Part shown: positions 26,975 to 54,029 of the stretch, piece by piece
How positions within the stretch are numbered: the first letter of the stretch is position 1
Layout: each line of letters opens with the position of its first letter
Assembly (NCBI RefSeq): GCF_009914755.1
Contig: NC_060934.1
Origin: the human T2T-CHM13v2.0 reference genome, Homo sapiens
Reading direction: 5' to 3' (one strand)
DNA length: 64,000 nt
Notes under the pieces: model-generated
The model's database searches: none
Seen by the model: only the letters and a program-made list of their open reading frames with translations
What the model was told of the DNA's origin: nothing
Position numbers and translations under genes: made by a program

Positions 26975-29900
26975 GGACTGCCTTTTGGCAATGTACCTAA
27001 TCATCCGATAGCTTTCTTATAGAGAGGCTGAAACAGATTACTGCTGTTTCCGTGCCTGCTAATACAACGTGCATTCTGTTTCCCATGGGTCATAGAGTAA
27101 TTTTGATGTTCTTGTTTTATGGTTCAGGAAATACATTTCATAAATATATGGCTACCATAGTGATTGGTCTGAAGAATCTGTGAAAAGAAAATTGAAAATC
27201 TTCTGAAAAAGATTTACTATTCTAGATGCCATTAAAACCATTCATGATTCGTGACAGGAGGGCAAAACATTTACTTGAACAGGAGTTTGAAAGAAGTGAA
27301 TTCAACCCTCCTGGATGACTTGGAGGAATGCAAGATTTCAGTGGAGAAAGTAATTGCAGATGTGGTGGAAATAGCAAGACAACTAGAATTCAAATTGGAG
27401 CTTGCAAGTTACTGAATGCTTGCAGTCTCATGATGTAATTTTAACAAAGGAGAAGTGTTTCTTATGGATGAGCAAGAAAAGTGGTTTGGTGAAATGGATT
27501 TCATTTCTTAGGAAACCGTTGTAAACACTGTTGGAAAGGCAGTGAAGGATTCAGAATATTACAGAAGCATAGTTGATAAGGCCATGACAGTGTTTGAGAG
27601 AATTCTCTCTAATGCTATCATGTCCCCACCATGACACAGTTGCCTAACAAAGCCATTCTCAGAAGATAGCCCAGGCATTATGCAACACATGACTGTCATT
27701 GGTGACAGGGAAGGAGTCACTTGTGCCATTTTCAATGTTTTCCTACCAGGTTTATAGCTTTCTATCCTTTATATCCACTGTTACCATTTTGTGAGGTGGC
27801 GTGATTTCTTTTTAATGACATTTGGATTCCCTTCTCATTTCCTCTTGCGTATATTCATAATTATTCTCTTTGTGATTGCTGTGGTGATGATGAAAAACTT
27901 TATAAAGTTATAACAATTTACTTTAAATCAATATGAATTTAACTTCAGTTTCATCTAAAACCATCCACTTCCCCAGGTTTTCTCCACTTCACATAGTTTT
28001 GGTCAGTAATTACAGCTTCCTACATTGCATACGTATTAGCTTAGAATTATACTTATTTCTATACATTTATATCTTAAATTGAAGTAAAATAATGAGTAGA
28101 ATCCAAAATTTCAAAAATACATGTTTTTATATTTTACCATATGTTCACATTTACAAGAAGTCTTTATAACTCTATATGGCTGTAAGTTACTATTTCCTTT
28201 CATTCAACCTGAATTCCTCCCTTCAGCATTTCTTTGAGAGAAAAAATAGGAAAATTAGTGATTGGAGGTCCCTATAAAATTTTCTTACATCTCAAGTGTT
28301 CCTGAAATCAGGTGTTTGGCTTTATGAAATTCTGAGTAACTTTTTTTTTTTAACAATAAGAGTTTTATAAAAATGGATGGTGAAGAACTGGAAAAAGCCC
28401 ACAGCAGCCGTACTATTTACAAATGACTGACCTAATGATTATTTCACATCTTGAAAAAAGAGTTACACGTGCTATAGAGATTTGAAATATGAAAGTCTGC
28501 TTAAGCGTTTCACACTTGGCTACGAAGTTTTAACAAAATGTCAATCTTTTCTTGACACTTACATCAGTCAAGTTTATGAGATGTGAAATTATCATTCCAT
28601 AGACTCAGAAAGTTAAGGTAGAACAGGATGGCCATGGTTTACATGAGATTTCTTTGAGACATGCTAAGTGTGAATGTCCATTAAACTTTAACATGGAGAT
28701 GCAGAGTTCACATTATGATCTTCCATTGAAGATTTGGAGGAAAACGCTGAGCTAGAAATATTTTTGGTGGATTTCTCAGCCTAGAGGTGATATTTAATGC
28801 AGAGAATATCTAAGATCATCAACGGAATGAGAGTAGACCAGAAATAATCCAAAAAATTGGTCTAGGGCCCTCCAAAGTTTATGGCCTCTTCCAATTTTAT
28901 AGAATAAGTAATTTACAGAAAAATTGTGAGCTGCAAAACTTGCTGGGATGCCTATCAGCTCTGAGACATGGCTTGAGAAGGAATCTCTGATGGGGTTAAC
29001 ATGGCTACCAGAGTACGAATAGTGGAGAGTAAATGTGTTAGAAAGTGTGCCCAGGTAAAAAACCACTGTCCTTCTCATAATGCTTTGATCATTAAGGCAT
29101 GAGATTATCCCAAGTTTTCAAAAGTGTTTTCTAAAACGAAAATCATGTCTTCATGATTAGCTGATTTGATTAGTTCCCCTGAAAATTATGTATAAGAATT
29201 AAATGCCTTTGTAAGAGTTCTTCTTAAAATTTACCAAAGTTTGAAACCAGTGTGCTGTTTTACATAGCCTGTTTCCAAAAGACATTTGAAGTCTTGGAAC
29301 ATTTGATTTATTAGATGTATTATTTCCCATTTTAATCTTGAGTGCCATGCATAATGGCTTTGGGATATTTATGTTTTATACTTGTAACTATGCCTTGTTT
29401 AAAGTATAAAACATTTAAAAGATTGCATATAACAAATGAACAGTACATTTTTACAATCTAAGAATATTTTCTAAATATGAGCTATTCAGGGGAATGTGAT
29501 GAGTCAATGATATCTTCGATGTCCTGCCCCACCACAAACCAATAGGGTCAACGTTGTGAATGGGCACACATCAAAGATTCAGGCCTGACTCTCAGCTGTG
29601 GGGTTTGTTAAAACAATGTGGAAAGTTTTCTTTTATGAACAAGATATAATGATCAAAAAAAAGGGTGTTGATATGTTTTTCCAAGCAGAGATGTACTCGA
29701 CTCTGTCCTATTTAGCCTTCCCATACCTGACTTCTAATCACTTTTCCTGGTGCCCTCCCATCTCCCTAACCCCCCCTCACAGGGATGCCTCCTCCCAAGG
29801 CTCCAGAAACTCTGACCCTCGCACTGCTGGAGGGAGCCCATGAATTGCTGGTCAATATCGCTCATCCTCTAGACTCCATCCTGCGTGTGCTTCTTCCTAC

Positions 29901-30132
29901 AAGAGCTAGAGAGGCACTGACTGATAAATACCTGTCACCTGCCCCTTTCCCAGAGGGTGAAACTCCACCCACTCCCACTGCAGAAATGAATCTTAAATGG
30001 TTGTTAACATCTTCCAACCCCGGCCCTAAACGTATAGGCAAATCACAATTTGGGGGCACTAGTGTGTCAGAAGGAGAGAAAACATAGAAGTTATGGAGAC
30101 CAAAGTAGGTGAAGAATCTTTAGGAGAGAGCA

Positions 30133-30138
30133 TTTAAT
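30133..30138 (-). terminator. Probable proximal poly(A) signal (ATTAAA) of AKR1C2
   Basis: Mirror of 18265-18270. Confidence 0.6.
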
Positions 30139-30328
30139 TTTTTCAAAATGAAAAACAAAATTATTGTCTTTCTTTTCCGGCCGATGGGCTTAGCTGTAGC
30201 TTACTGAAGTCGCCAAGCAGGAGAGATTTAACCAGAGGCGATGTGTCCAGTCACCAGCATAGAGCCATCCTCTGTGTCACCATCCACACGCAGGGCCTTC
30301 TGGCAGACCTCATGCAATGCCCTCCATG

Positions 30329-44172
<13,844 letters not shown>

Positions 44173-44263
44173 TTCTGTCACTGGCCTGGTTAGCAAATGT
44201 TTCTTCCTCCCTCACAGGCTATAAGAGCAATGAGCTGGCAACGCCCCTGAGCACACTGTCTGC

Positions 44264-44275
44264 TGGTTAACCAAT
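44264..44275 (-). promoter_or_regulatory. CCAAT box / TGGTTAACCA palindrome, AKR1C2 proximal promoter
   Basis: Identical mirror of 3669-3680. Confidence 0.6.
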
Positions 44276-45736
44276 GGCATGTGAGAGGAGGGACAGAGGC
44301 AGTCTTACACAAGCTGTGATAAAAATTGCATCCAGTTCAACCGTTTCTTACCTAAGAAAATTCATAAGTAAATTATTATGTGGTCATGATACACTCATTA
44401 ATTTCCTCTGAAGTATTTTTGCTATTCCAGATCTCTATATATGAGACATAAATTACTCAAAGAGATTTGTAGAACAAATTGTGACTTTACATAAGAATAT
44501 AGAAACCTCTAGTGGCACAGCTCTTTTTTGTGTGTGCCATGATGATGAGTTCCTTCTGCATCTTGCAGCATTTGAAATGACTAATTTTCATTTTTCTCTC
44601 TCTCACACACACAATTTAAAGGAATGACTAATGAGCATTTCTTTAAAATATTGCCCTCAATTAAAAATTAAAGTTAAAATTTTTAAATGCATGACTTTTT
44701 TTCATCAGCAAATTTATTGTTCCTTTCTTATTAGCCTTGTAAGAGAAACATCCCTTCCTGATCAAGGTGCAGTCCTGATAAAGTTGTAATCCTGATGTGG
44801 GTGTAAATAAAAAAGAAAATATGATGTGGTTTTATTGGAAGATTTCTTATTAACAGCTTTTGGTCTTTGGATATAATTTGTAACATGCAAACAGTGCCTT
44901 ATTGGTCTTTTCCAGTCAGTTTTATAAGTTACTACCAAAAAGTAACAAGCCAAAAACCTGATAACTATTAGATATACTTTATAATATTGCTAAACATTAT
45001 TCATAAAGAAAAACTGGTAACTAATGACATATAAACTGGTGAATAATCCTCACATGGGATAATTTTTACTTTATTCTCCCTTTGGAGGTCAGGTTAAAAC
45101 ATGATTGTAATTTGCATGATCCATGATTCACATCTTGGAGTAGTCACAACTTGCAGTGCCCTGATTGCTTCTATTTGCTTTTTCATAAAACAAACAGAAA
45201 TTGAAAAATAGGTAAATTGTTATCATTGACATAAATGTAATATTATAAAGATATTGAAATTTTTCACAGAGTAATTTCAACAAGATGGTGGATTCTAAGA
45301 TTCCCATATAACTCATGGAAACATCAGAAAATACCTAAAATTGACTGAAATAAACTTATTTATTTCTGGAGTGGCTCAGTAGAGATTCAGGGTGACTATA
45401 CACATACAGATGTTATAGGCAAAAGGCCAGGGGAAGAGACATGCAATAGTCCATCTAAGCTATTGAGGAGAAACTGGGATGCAAAATTTCATAATAGTAA
45501 GCAATTCAAAAGCCATTGGTTATTTGGGGAAATATAAAAGGGCAAACACAGTCCACATAGGTACATGTTCAGAAACAAACTAAGAAGGACTTGAGTTTTA
45601 CGTAGGGCTGATGCCTTGACTGAGAACCTGCCGCACATATAAGTTAATGACTGTCATGACATAGAACAAATCTATATACAGTAAAAAAGATGTTTATTTT
45701 TTCAAATGCCCAGTTAAATAAAATAACAAGGCATAC

Positions 45737-46058
<322 letters not shown>

Positions 46059-46696
46059 TCACAGTCCATTATGAGGAAGAAATAAATCAGTAGAAATCAT
46101 TCCTGAAGAATCACAGGCATTAGAATTAGTAGAGAAGCATTTAAACAGCTGTCTTAAATATGCTAAAATTGCTAATGAAAAATATGGATTAAGAACTACA
46201 GAAAATCTGAAAAAATAAGAAAATCACAATATAGTATTAATACAGAAATTATAAAAAGAAAAGGAAACAAATTGGAGCTAAAAAATATACCTGAATGAAA
46301 AACTCACCAGAGAGTGTTTCAATAGCAAATTTGAGCAGGATGAAGATATAATCAATACACATAGGGATAGCACACTTGAAATTCCTGAGTCTAAGGACAT
46401 GAAGCAAGAATAAAGAAATGTGAACAGGTCCTAAGGGACTTATGGGACACCTTCAAGCCAACCAGTATGATAGTATTGGATTCCCAGAAGGGGAAGTGCA
46501 AACCCATGGTAGTAGAGAAATTATTTGGAGAATAAAATCATCAAAATTTTTCAAATTGGTTAAAGACAAAAATCTACAAATTCAAGTAACTTAAAGAACT
46601 GCATATAGCATAAAGTCAAAGAGACTCAGACCTATATGTGTTATCATCCAACTCTAAAAGCCAGACAAAGAGATAATCTTTAAATAACAAGAGATT

Positions 46697-46960
46697 TTGG
46701 GAGCCGAGGCAGGCGGATCACCTGAGGTCAGGAGTTCGAGACCAGCCTGGCTAACATGGTGAAACCCTATTTCTACTAAAAATAGAAAAAATTAGCTGGT
46801 CATGGGGGCGCACATCTGTAATTCCAGCTACTCCGGAGGCTAAGCCAGGAAAATAGCTTGAACCTGGGAGGCAGAGGTTGCAGTGAGTTGGGATTGCACC
46901 ATCGCACTCCAGCTTGGGCTTAAACTCCATCTGAAAAAAACAACAACAAAAATAAAAAGT
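46697..46960 (+). mobile_element. Alu (5' truncated)
   Basis: ttgggagccgaggcaggcggatcacctgaggtcaggagttcgag; mirror of 967-1230. Confidence 0.9.
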
Positions 46961-47123
46961 ACGAAGATAAACATGACTCATGGGGTACAAGGGATCCTGG
47001 ACAAGGTGATCCACAGATTTCTTATGAGAGTCTTTGGAGGATATAGTAGGTGATATATTTAATGTGATCAATAAAAAAAAATTTCACCGAATCCATATTT
47101 GGCAAAAAAATTATTTCAGCCTC

Positions 47124-47412
47124 TTTTTTTTTTTTTTTTCGGAGTTTTGCTCTGTCACCAGGCTGGAGTGCAGTGGTACATCTCAGCTCACTGCAATCTC
47201 TTTCTCCCGGTTCAAGCAATTCTCCTGCCTCAGCCTCCTGAGTAGCTGGGACTATAGGCGTGCACAACCATGCCCAGCTGATTTTTGTATTTTTAGTAGA
47301 GACAGGGTTTCACTATGGTAGCCAGGATGGTCTCTATTTCTTGACCTTGTGATCCGCCCACCTTGGCCTCCCAGTGTGCTGGGATTACAGGCATTAGCCA
47401 CTGCACCCAGCC
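47124..47412 (-). mobile_element. Alu; its mirror is cut by the window start (1-48)
   Basis: Alu consensus with TSD aaattatttc (47108-47117, 47413-47422). Confidence 0.9.
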
Positions 47413-47989
47413 AAATTATTTCTTAAAAATTAGAAAGTTAGTAAGACTATGTGATGTAGAAGCTGCAGGAGTTCATTGCCATTAGAACTGCTCTACAAGA
47501 AATGCTTAAGAGAGTCATTCACTTTGAAATGAAAGAAGTTTAGACAGCAACGTGAAGTCATATAGAGGTATAAAGACCTCTCGTAAAGGTAGGTGTATGA
47601 AAAACGTGGAAACATGTATTTGTGAAATTTGCTTTTACTCTCATTTTCTTCAAGATTTACATTACAATAAGAATAACTTTCTGTTAACATGTACACCATA
47701 TATAAAGTTGTAATTAGTGACATCAATAATGTGAAGCAGAAACTTACCTGTGGAAAAGAAGTTTCTGTATGGAACTGAAGTTAAAGTCACATTGATTTCA
47801 GAGTGGATGGTATAACTATAGGATGCAGTATGTCATTCCAATGGTAACTACAGAGAAAATAATTACAGATTATGCACAAGAGAAATTGAAACGGGAATCC
47901 AGATTTTAGCAAAGAATCATAGAAACCCCAAAATATTGTTAGTTGAGGATATAAAGGAGAAAAAGCTGCAGACATAAATTTCAGGTCTT

Positions 47990-48700
47990 TCTTACATACA
48001 AAATCCAATCAGTTTACCTCAAGAGTCTCTAAAGCCTTATCAGGTTTAGAATCAACTTAAATGTCTAAAATGCAAAGATTTATCTGAGATCCAAGAAAAA
48101 TTTCTACCGGCTATGAGCCTGTAAAATCAAAAACAAGTTATTTCCTTCCAAATTACAATGGTTTTATAGGCAGTGGTTGAACAATCTCATTTCAAAAGGG
48201 AAATGTCAGCTTAAAGAGAAGAGGAAGAGGCTTCATGCAAGTCATAAAGCTGACAGGGCAGAAATTAAATCTTAAAGCTGCAAAATCATCTTCCTTGACT
48301 CTATATTCTTCATTCTGGGCACACTGGTGACAGGGGTAGGCTTCTGGGGGCTTTGGGAAGCACTGTACCTGTGGCTTTGCAGGGTGCAGCCCACATGGCT
48401 GCTCTCACAGTTTGGAGTTTAATGCCCATGGCTTTTCCAGGCTGAAGTTGCAAGCGGCTGATAGATTTATAATTCTGGAATTTTGAGGGGTAAGGCCTTT
48501 CTCCCACAGCTTTGCTACACTGTGCACCCATGGGGACCCTCTGCAGAGCTCCAACCACATATTATTGCTTAACATTGCCTAAATAAAAGCTTTATGTTGG
48601 GGCTCCAGACCCTGAGCAGGTTTCTTTCTGGGCATCCAGGATTCCTGACACATTGTCTGAAATCTAGGTGGCAAGTGCCAAGCCTCAACCACTCTTGTGC
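47990..48700 (-). mobile_element. MaLR (MST/THE1-type) internal-sequence fragment
   Basis: Similar to the MST internal region at 56600-57230 (aaaatcaaaaacaagtta, gcccatggcttttccagg, tctgaaatctagg). Confidence 0.6.
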
Positions 48701-49743
48701 CCCAGAGGACTCAGGCCCAAAGCTCCCCTCCTCTGCTTGTCACTCTCTACTCATCATTTCCTCCAGTGACCAAGTGTGTGTCATGCACCTTGCCAAGGCT
48801 CAAGGGGTACCTTGTACATGGGGGCTTCTGCCTGACTAGTGTGGGTCGTGGAGTCGCTAAGAACTAAAACTTTCCACAGCTTGTTTACAATGTGGTGGAA
48901 AGAAACTGATCTCAGAGGACCACAGGGATTCTCAGTCCTATAGGTGAGGGAGAGGGAGAGGAATATGAGGAAAGGGAGATGGGAAGAGGGAGGAAAGCAG
49001 ATGGAAGATGGAAGATCAGGGAGGACAGAAGTGGGATGTCCTTGAGTCATACATAAAGAACACTCATGTGCCTCAAGTAAATAAATGATCCTAATTTCTT
49101 CTCACTATTTTTTCTGAACAAGTGTTACAGTTTGCAAAGAACTCCGAATATTTTCTCAACAAATACATATTGATATGATACTTTAAACAAAATGATGTTT
49201 GCCAGCACTGTTTGTCCTGAGATTTCCTGTTTGGTTGACTCAATTCTCTGGGGTGAAGAGGTTCTATGTGAACAAAAAGGGGTACACTTGAGCCTCACAG
49301 AGGTTTGTGGGTGAAGTCATGTCTGTGAGAGGCTGTGGAAGCTCACAGTTAGCCTGCATTGCTGTGGAAAATGGTGGGATGCCAAAAGCCGTGCAGGAGG
49401 AAAAAGGAAGAGCTGGGAGGCTGTGGAGGAGGCTGAGGTACTGCTGATGCCATGGAGAAAATTTTGGGGAAAAGACAGAGATGCCTAAAGCAATATGTAG
49501 GAAGTTTTAATTATGACATTAGTTGAAATTTCACAACCCATGAAATTTAAAGTAAATTCCACCTTGCTCAGTTTTTTCAGAGTGAACTCTGTTTGAAGAA
49601 ACAACTGTGTCACCAATGTTGACTCTGGATGAGTGACAATTGCACCGAGCACTTTTTGAGACGTCTGCCTTGTCTGCACTATTTGTTATTTTACTATTGC
49701 TCAATACTATTGTTCACCCCTCAAGCTCCTGGGGTTGATGCAG

Positions 49744-49759
49744 TCAGGGTGACTCAGCA
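49744..49759 (+). promoter_or_regulatory. Antioxidant response element (NRF2/sMAF), about 5.6 kb upstream of the AKR1C2 ATG
   Basis: TCAGGGTGACTCAGCA matches the extended consensus TMAnnRTGAYnnnGCR exactly and embeds an AP-1 core. AKR1C1/2 are established NRF2 targets with a distal ARE. Confidence 0.85.
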
Positions 49760-49899
49760 GCTTGCACACCTTGCGACCACTCCTAGATAGGTCAACAAGC
49801 AGGGGAGGTTGTAAAGAGAAAATTATTAATATTATAGTTGTTTTGGTTAGCATAAAACCAGGTGAGAAAAACCTATTTCTGAATGGTTTAAACTCCATG

Positions 49900-50679
49900 T
49901 GATATGGACAGGAGACAGGGAAATACTGGGTAGAAGAGGGTGGTTTCCCAGCAAAGGCCCCCACCTTTAAGCCTGGATACTCGTGCCCCTAAATGAGAAC
50001 AGGCATTTCTGTTTTCACGTCCCCAAAATTTGCCTTTTGGCCCACCACACCTCCATTCTGCCCTTATATAAACCCCCAAAGCCTAAGTTCCTGGGCAGAC
50101 CAGCAGGTGAGGAGACAAGGAGGCAACCAGATGGACGGCAGAACAATGACACACAGAAAGAGAGAAGAGGAGGGACATTGGACACTGAAAGGAATTTGGC
50201 CTAGGAGGATTGGAGAAGAGTCCGGCCACTGGGCAGCCTGACTCCAAGGAAAGATCACCTTCCTACCCATTCCCCCATTCCGGCTCCCCATCCATCTTGC
50301 TGAGAGCTGCCTCCACCACTCAATAAAATCTTGCCCTCATCCTTTGAGCCCACATGTGATCTGACTCTTCTGGGATGCCTGGCAAGAGCTTGGGATATAG
50401 AAAGCTGTCACACTGGCCCTCTGCCTTTGAGATAAGTCAGAGGGTCCATGGAGCTGCAGACTCAAGCCGTCTGCAGATGGCAAAGCTGAAAGAGCTTTAC
50501 AACACTGTGGTTGCAGGCACCCACCACTAGACACTACCATGGAGCCAGAGCCCAAAGCGCTCGCCCTGGCCTGTGCACCTGCCCATCTCCATGCTCCCCC
50601 TCCCTCAAGCAGTTTGAACTGGTGAGCCACACCCCTGTCGCAAGTCCTGCAAGGGGAATCAGGAAACTGTCTCATTTCA
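49900..50679 (+). mobile_element. Solo ERV1 LTR (LTR1-like)
   Basis: TG...CA ends (tgatatggacaggagacagggaaatactgggtagaagaggg ... ctcatttca), internal TATAAA and AATAAA, 4-bp TSD catg/cata. Confidence 0.75.
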
Positions 50680-50684
50680 CATAC

Positions 50685-50891
50685 AAATCTGTTAGCACCA
50701 TGTGAAGAAGTCTGAGGAATGGTAAGCTCTCGGGGTCGCCCAGGAGAGTCTGTAACTTCTCTCATCTTTTCCTGACTCTTCTTCCTCTGTGTATTGATGT
50801 CATCCTCAGGCTGGATGGAGGCTGCTGCAGCAATTTGAGAACTCCCAGGGCAACAGGACAAGAGCCACTTGAAGAAGAGGGGCTGCCACAT
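50685..50891 (-). CDS. Candidate alternative first coding exon of AKR1C2 (69 codons, MWQPLFFKWLL...SHGANRF)
   Basis: ATG with A at -3; 207 nt to a GTATGT donor at 50684, phase 0 like AKR1C2 exon 2; plausible acceptor tttctctcacatctAG at 50908-50907. Confidence 0.5.
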
Positions 50892-51084
50892 CTTAAGCGC
50901 TTCTTTCTAGATGTGAGAGAAACCTTCTCAGAAGCCCTCGGCACACTCCCTCTCATGCGGCGTTGGCTAGGGCTGGGTTGCAGCACTCTTCCCACTGTAG
51001 TTCATGCCAAGGGCAAGGGAATAAACATGAGTGACCTTAGCAAAGCTTTTATAGCAAAATTCATGTTGATGATAAGGCAATCCT

Positions 51085-51800
51085 AACCCCTAAAACCGTA
51101 ATGAAAAATTGATATTTTCAAAAAGTTAGACGTGCAACCTTGCTTATACCTCAAAATAGCTTTGCAAGCTTTTAAAACAACTGGAAATAAATCAAAGTCT
51201 TAATTAAATATAAGACCTGAGACTATCAAGTGCTAGAAGAAAATCTAAGGTAAACTTATTGGGGCAAAAAATTCCTAAGTAGGTCTCAGCAAGGAACTCA
51301 GACTAAGATTTCAAAAACACAAATGAGAGAATAGGAAGAGATGCATATGACTTAATTAGACCAATAAGCTTCTGTAAAGCAAAAAAAAAAAAAAATCAAC
51401 AGAGAACAGATGACCTACACAATTGGGAAAAATAATTGCAAATTGTGAATCTAATAGGGCACTGATATCCAAAATTTATAAGGAACTCAACCCAACAACA
51501 ACAATAACAAGAAAACCCAAATAACCTCTTTAAAATTCATCAAAGAGCAGAGGTTTCCCAACTCCATGCCTAGGCACACCTACAGGCACTTGGTATCTGC
51601 CCACTGGATCTTCTGTCTCCCACTGGTGGAGACTCAGAAGGCTGGGAGGCTGGGAAATTATTGGGTAAATACAATGGACATTATTCTGGTGATAGCTACA
51701 CTAAAAGCCCAGACCTCACCACTGTGCAATGTATCTATGTAGCAAACTGCACTTGTAAACTTTAATTTTATACAAATCCAAAAATAAAATAAATAAAACA
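51085..51800 (+). mobile_element. Old L1 ORF2/3' fragments
   Basis: tataagacctgagactatc..ctagaagaaaa, agcttctgtaaagcaaaa, gatatccaaaatttataaggaactc, aaactgcacttgta. Confidence 0.65.
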
Positions 51801-52611
51801 TAGTAATACCTAGACTTCACTACAGATCTAATGAATAAGAATCTCTGGTGTAGGATTTTAGCTTTTGGCAAGATGGTCTACAAAAACACAAGCAGGGCAA
51901 TTTGATCTGGCTGCACGCACATTGATCCAGTTTGTTTGCTATAAGCACAGATCAATAGGTACAAGGACAAGAGACCCCAACCAGCAGAAAACCTAAAGGA
52001 GAAATTTAGAGAGAATGAGTGTAGTCTGAGGATTTCAATTTACTTTATTATGTAAGCAAATCTGAATATGTAAACCTGTGTGGGGATTGAAAGAATGGAA
52101 AGAGGAAACACGAGAGACCCAATGACTGCAACCCTTAATGAACAAGAACTTGATGAACTGATGTGTAGTGAAAATCGAAGCGTAAGAGGCTTCATTAGTA
52201 TGAAGTGTGTTAAAGTTAAAGGTTCATAGAGCAGTTATAAGTACTTCTTTGTCTGTATAAGTTATAACATGGAAGTAGTTGCCTGAAGTATAATCTAAGT
52301 ATGAGTAGAAACTTTCAGTTGTTGAGAATGTAAAGAACAGCAATGCTGGAGTTCTCTGCATGTACAGCGAAAAAAGATATTCACAAATCCTGGGAGAAAT
52401 GGTAAACTAAGGGAATAAAGGGACTATATCTAGAAGGGGACATATGATAGGGTATAAATGATATCAGAGCTAAGGAACAGGTTTTTATTTCATTATATCT
52501 GAGATGAAATCTAGATTTTTCAGGACCTAGTGGCTAGTGATATAGTACTTTCTATTAGCAAGGCTAGAAAATTAAGGCTTACTTGCTTCAAGTTCTCCAC
52601 AAAGCTAGTAC

Positions 52612-53120
52612 AGTAGGCTCAATACTGCTCCCTCCCCCTGCCCTGCCAATAACTCATGCCTTTATCTTTGGAAGCTGTGACTATGTTACCTTACCTGGCA
52701 AAACAAACTTTGCAGATGTGATTATGTTAAGGATCCTAAGATAGAAGCATTTCCTGAATCATCTGGATGGGCAATGTCATCTCAAAATCCTTACAAGTGG
52801 CACCCAGGAGGGCCACAATCAAAGAGGATGTGTAAGGAAAGACGCATAGGACAGAGATCCTAAGATGCCATGCAGTTGGCTTTCAAGATAGAATAAGTGC
52901 CATGAGCCAAGGAACACATTCTCTGGAACCTGGAATGGCCCAGAATAGCATTTTCCCCTAGACCCTCAAGAAAAAATACAACCTTGTGGACACCCTGACT
53001 TTAGCCTGTTGAACGAGATTTTGGAATTCTGATCTCCAGAACTGTGAGAAAATTAATTATGGTGCTTCAGGCCACAACATTTGTGATAATTTTTTACTGC
53101 AGAAATAAGAAATGAATTCA
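52612..53120 (+). mobile_element. MLT1-type MaLR LTR
   Basis: ctgtgactatgttaccttacctggcaaaacaaactttgcagatgtgatt...ctgatctccagaactgtgag. Confidence 0.75.
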
Positions 53121-53838
53121 AACGTGATTCAGCAATTCTCATCTCTCTCCTGCATCATCAATTTTTCTCTTTCTACTAGATTCTTCCTAAGAGCACATAG
53201 GCATGCTGTTTTTTCTGTCATCTCAAAGAAAATTGTCATTTGACTTCATTGTTTTCTTCAGGGACTTCTCAATTGTCTGGTGTATTTATAACCCATTCTT
53301 TGAATACCTTCTACACTTCTGTATCTAATTCTTCTCTTCCTACACTTGAATGAACCTCTATTCAGGCTGTTGCCTCTACCAATTTATCAAAATTGGGACA
53401 AGGGAGAAGATTTTGAAAAATAACTAATGAGCACTAGGCTTCATACCTGGGTAACAAAATAATTTGTAGAACAAACCACCATGGCATGAGTTTACCTATA
53501 TAACAAACCTGCATGTGCACCCCCGAACTTAAAATAAAAGTTAAAAATATTGAAAATAAAAAAGTTTTGGAGACCTAAATTACATTATTTAATTCTAATT
53601 CTGAAAAATTACCTTATCTAATATTTATGAAACGATTCTGATTCTATTTCTGAACAATTACATTATTTAATATTTATGGAAAAGTTAAAAGAAATACACA
53701 TAACCGTGTCATGGCTAGCCTTTGACATTTTCTTAAAAAATTAAAGCACAACATACTGAACAATTACATTATTCTAATGTAAGGAAGTATGTGAAGAGCA
53801 CAAAGTCAGAAATGGCCCCAGTGGCCCTAAGGGCTCAT

Positions 53839-53962
53839 CTGGTTGTAGGTGGGCTTGTACTTGAGTCCTGGCTTGTCTGAGGATCAGTTCCAGCAGTTAG
53901 TGATTGAAACTGGACACCCTGATGGACCTGGTTAAACCTGCATCTCTGCATTTCTCCAGGGC
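53839..53962 (-). pseudogene. Orphan AKR1C-family exon 5 pseudo-exon
   Basis: Translates [27 protein letters not shown](+1 frameshift)[12 protein letters not shown]. AG acceptor is intact, TAA at 53899-53897, 124 nt versus 123 nt for the real exon, donor mutated GT>AT. Confidence 0.9.
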
Positions 53963-54029
53963 CTAGGAAAGAAGGAAATGGGTGTAGATCTTCGATGTAT
54001 CCTGGCTTTGTTATTTGTCATTAAACCTT

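Noticed and set aside
50337-50684. C-terminal 115 codons of the 184-aa ORF
   Set aside because: Antisense read-through into the LTR past the splice donor; only the first 69 codons look exonic.
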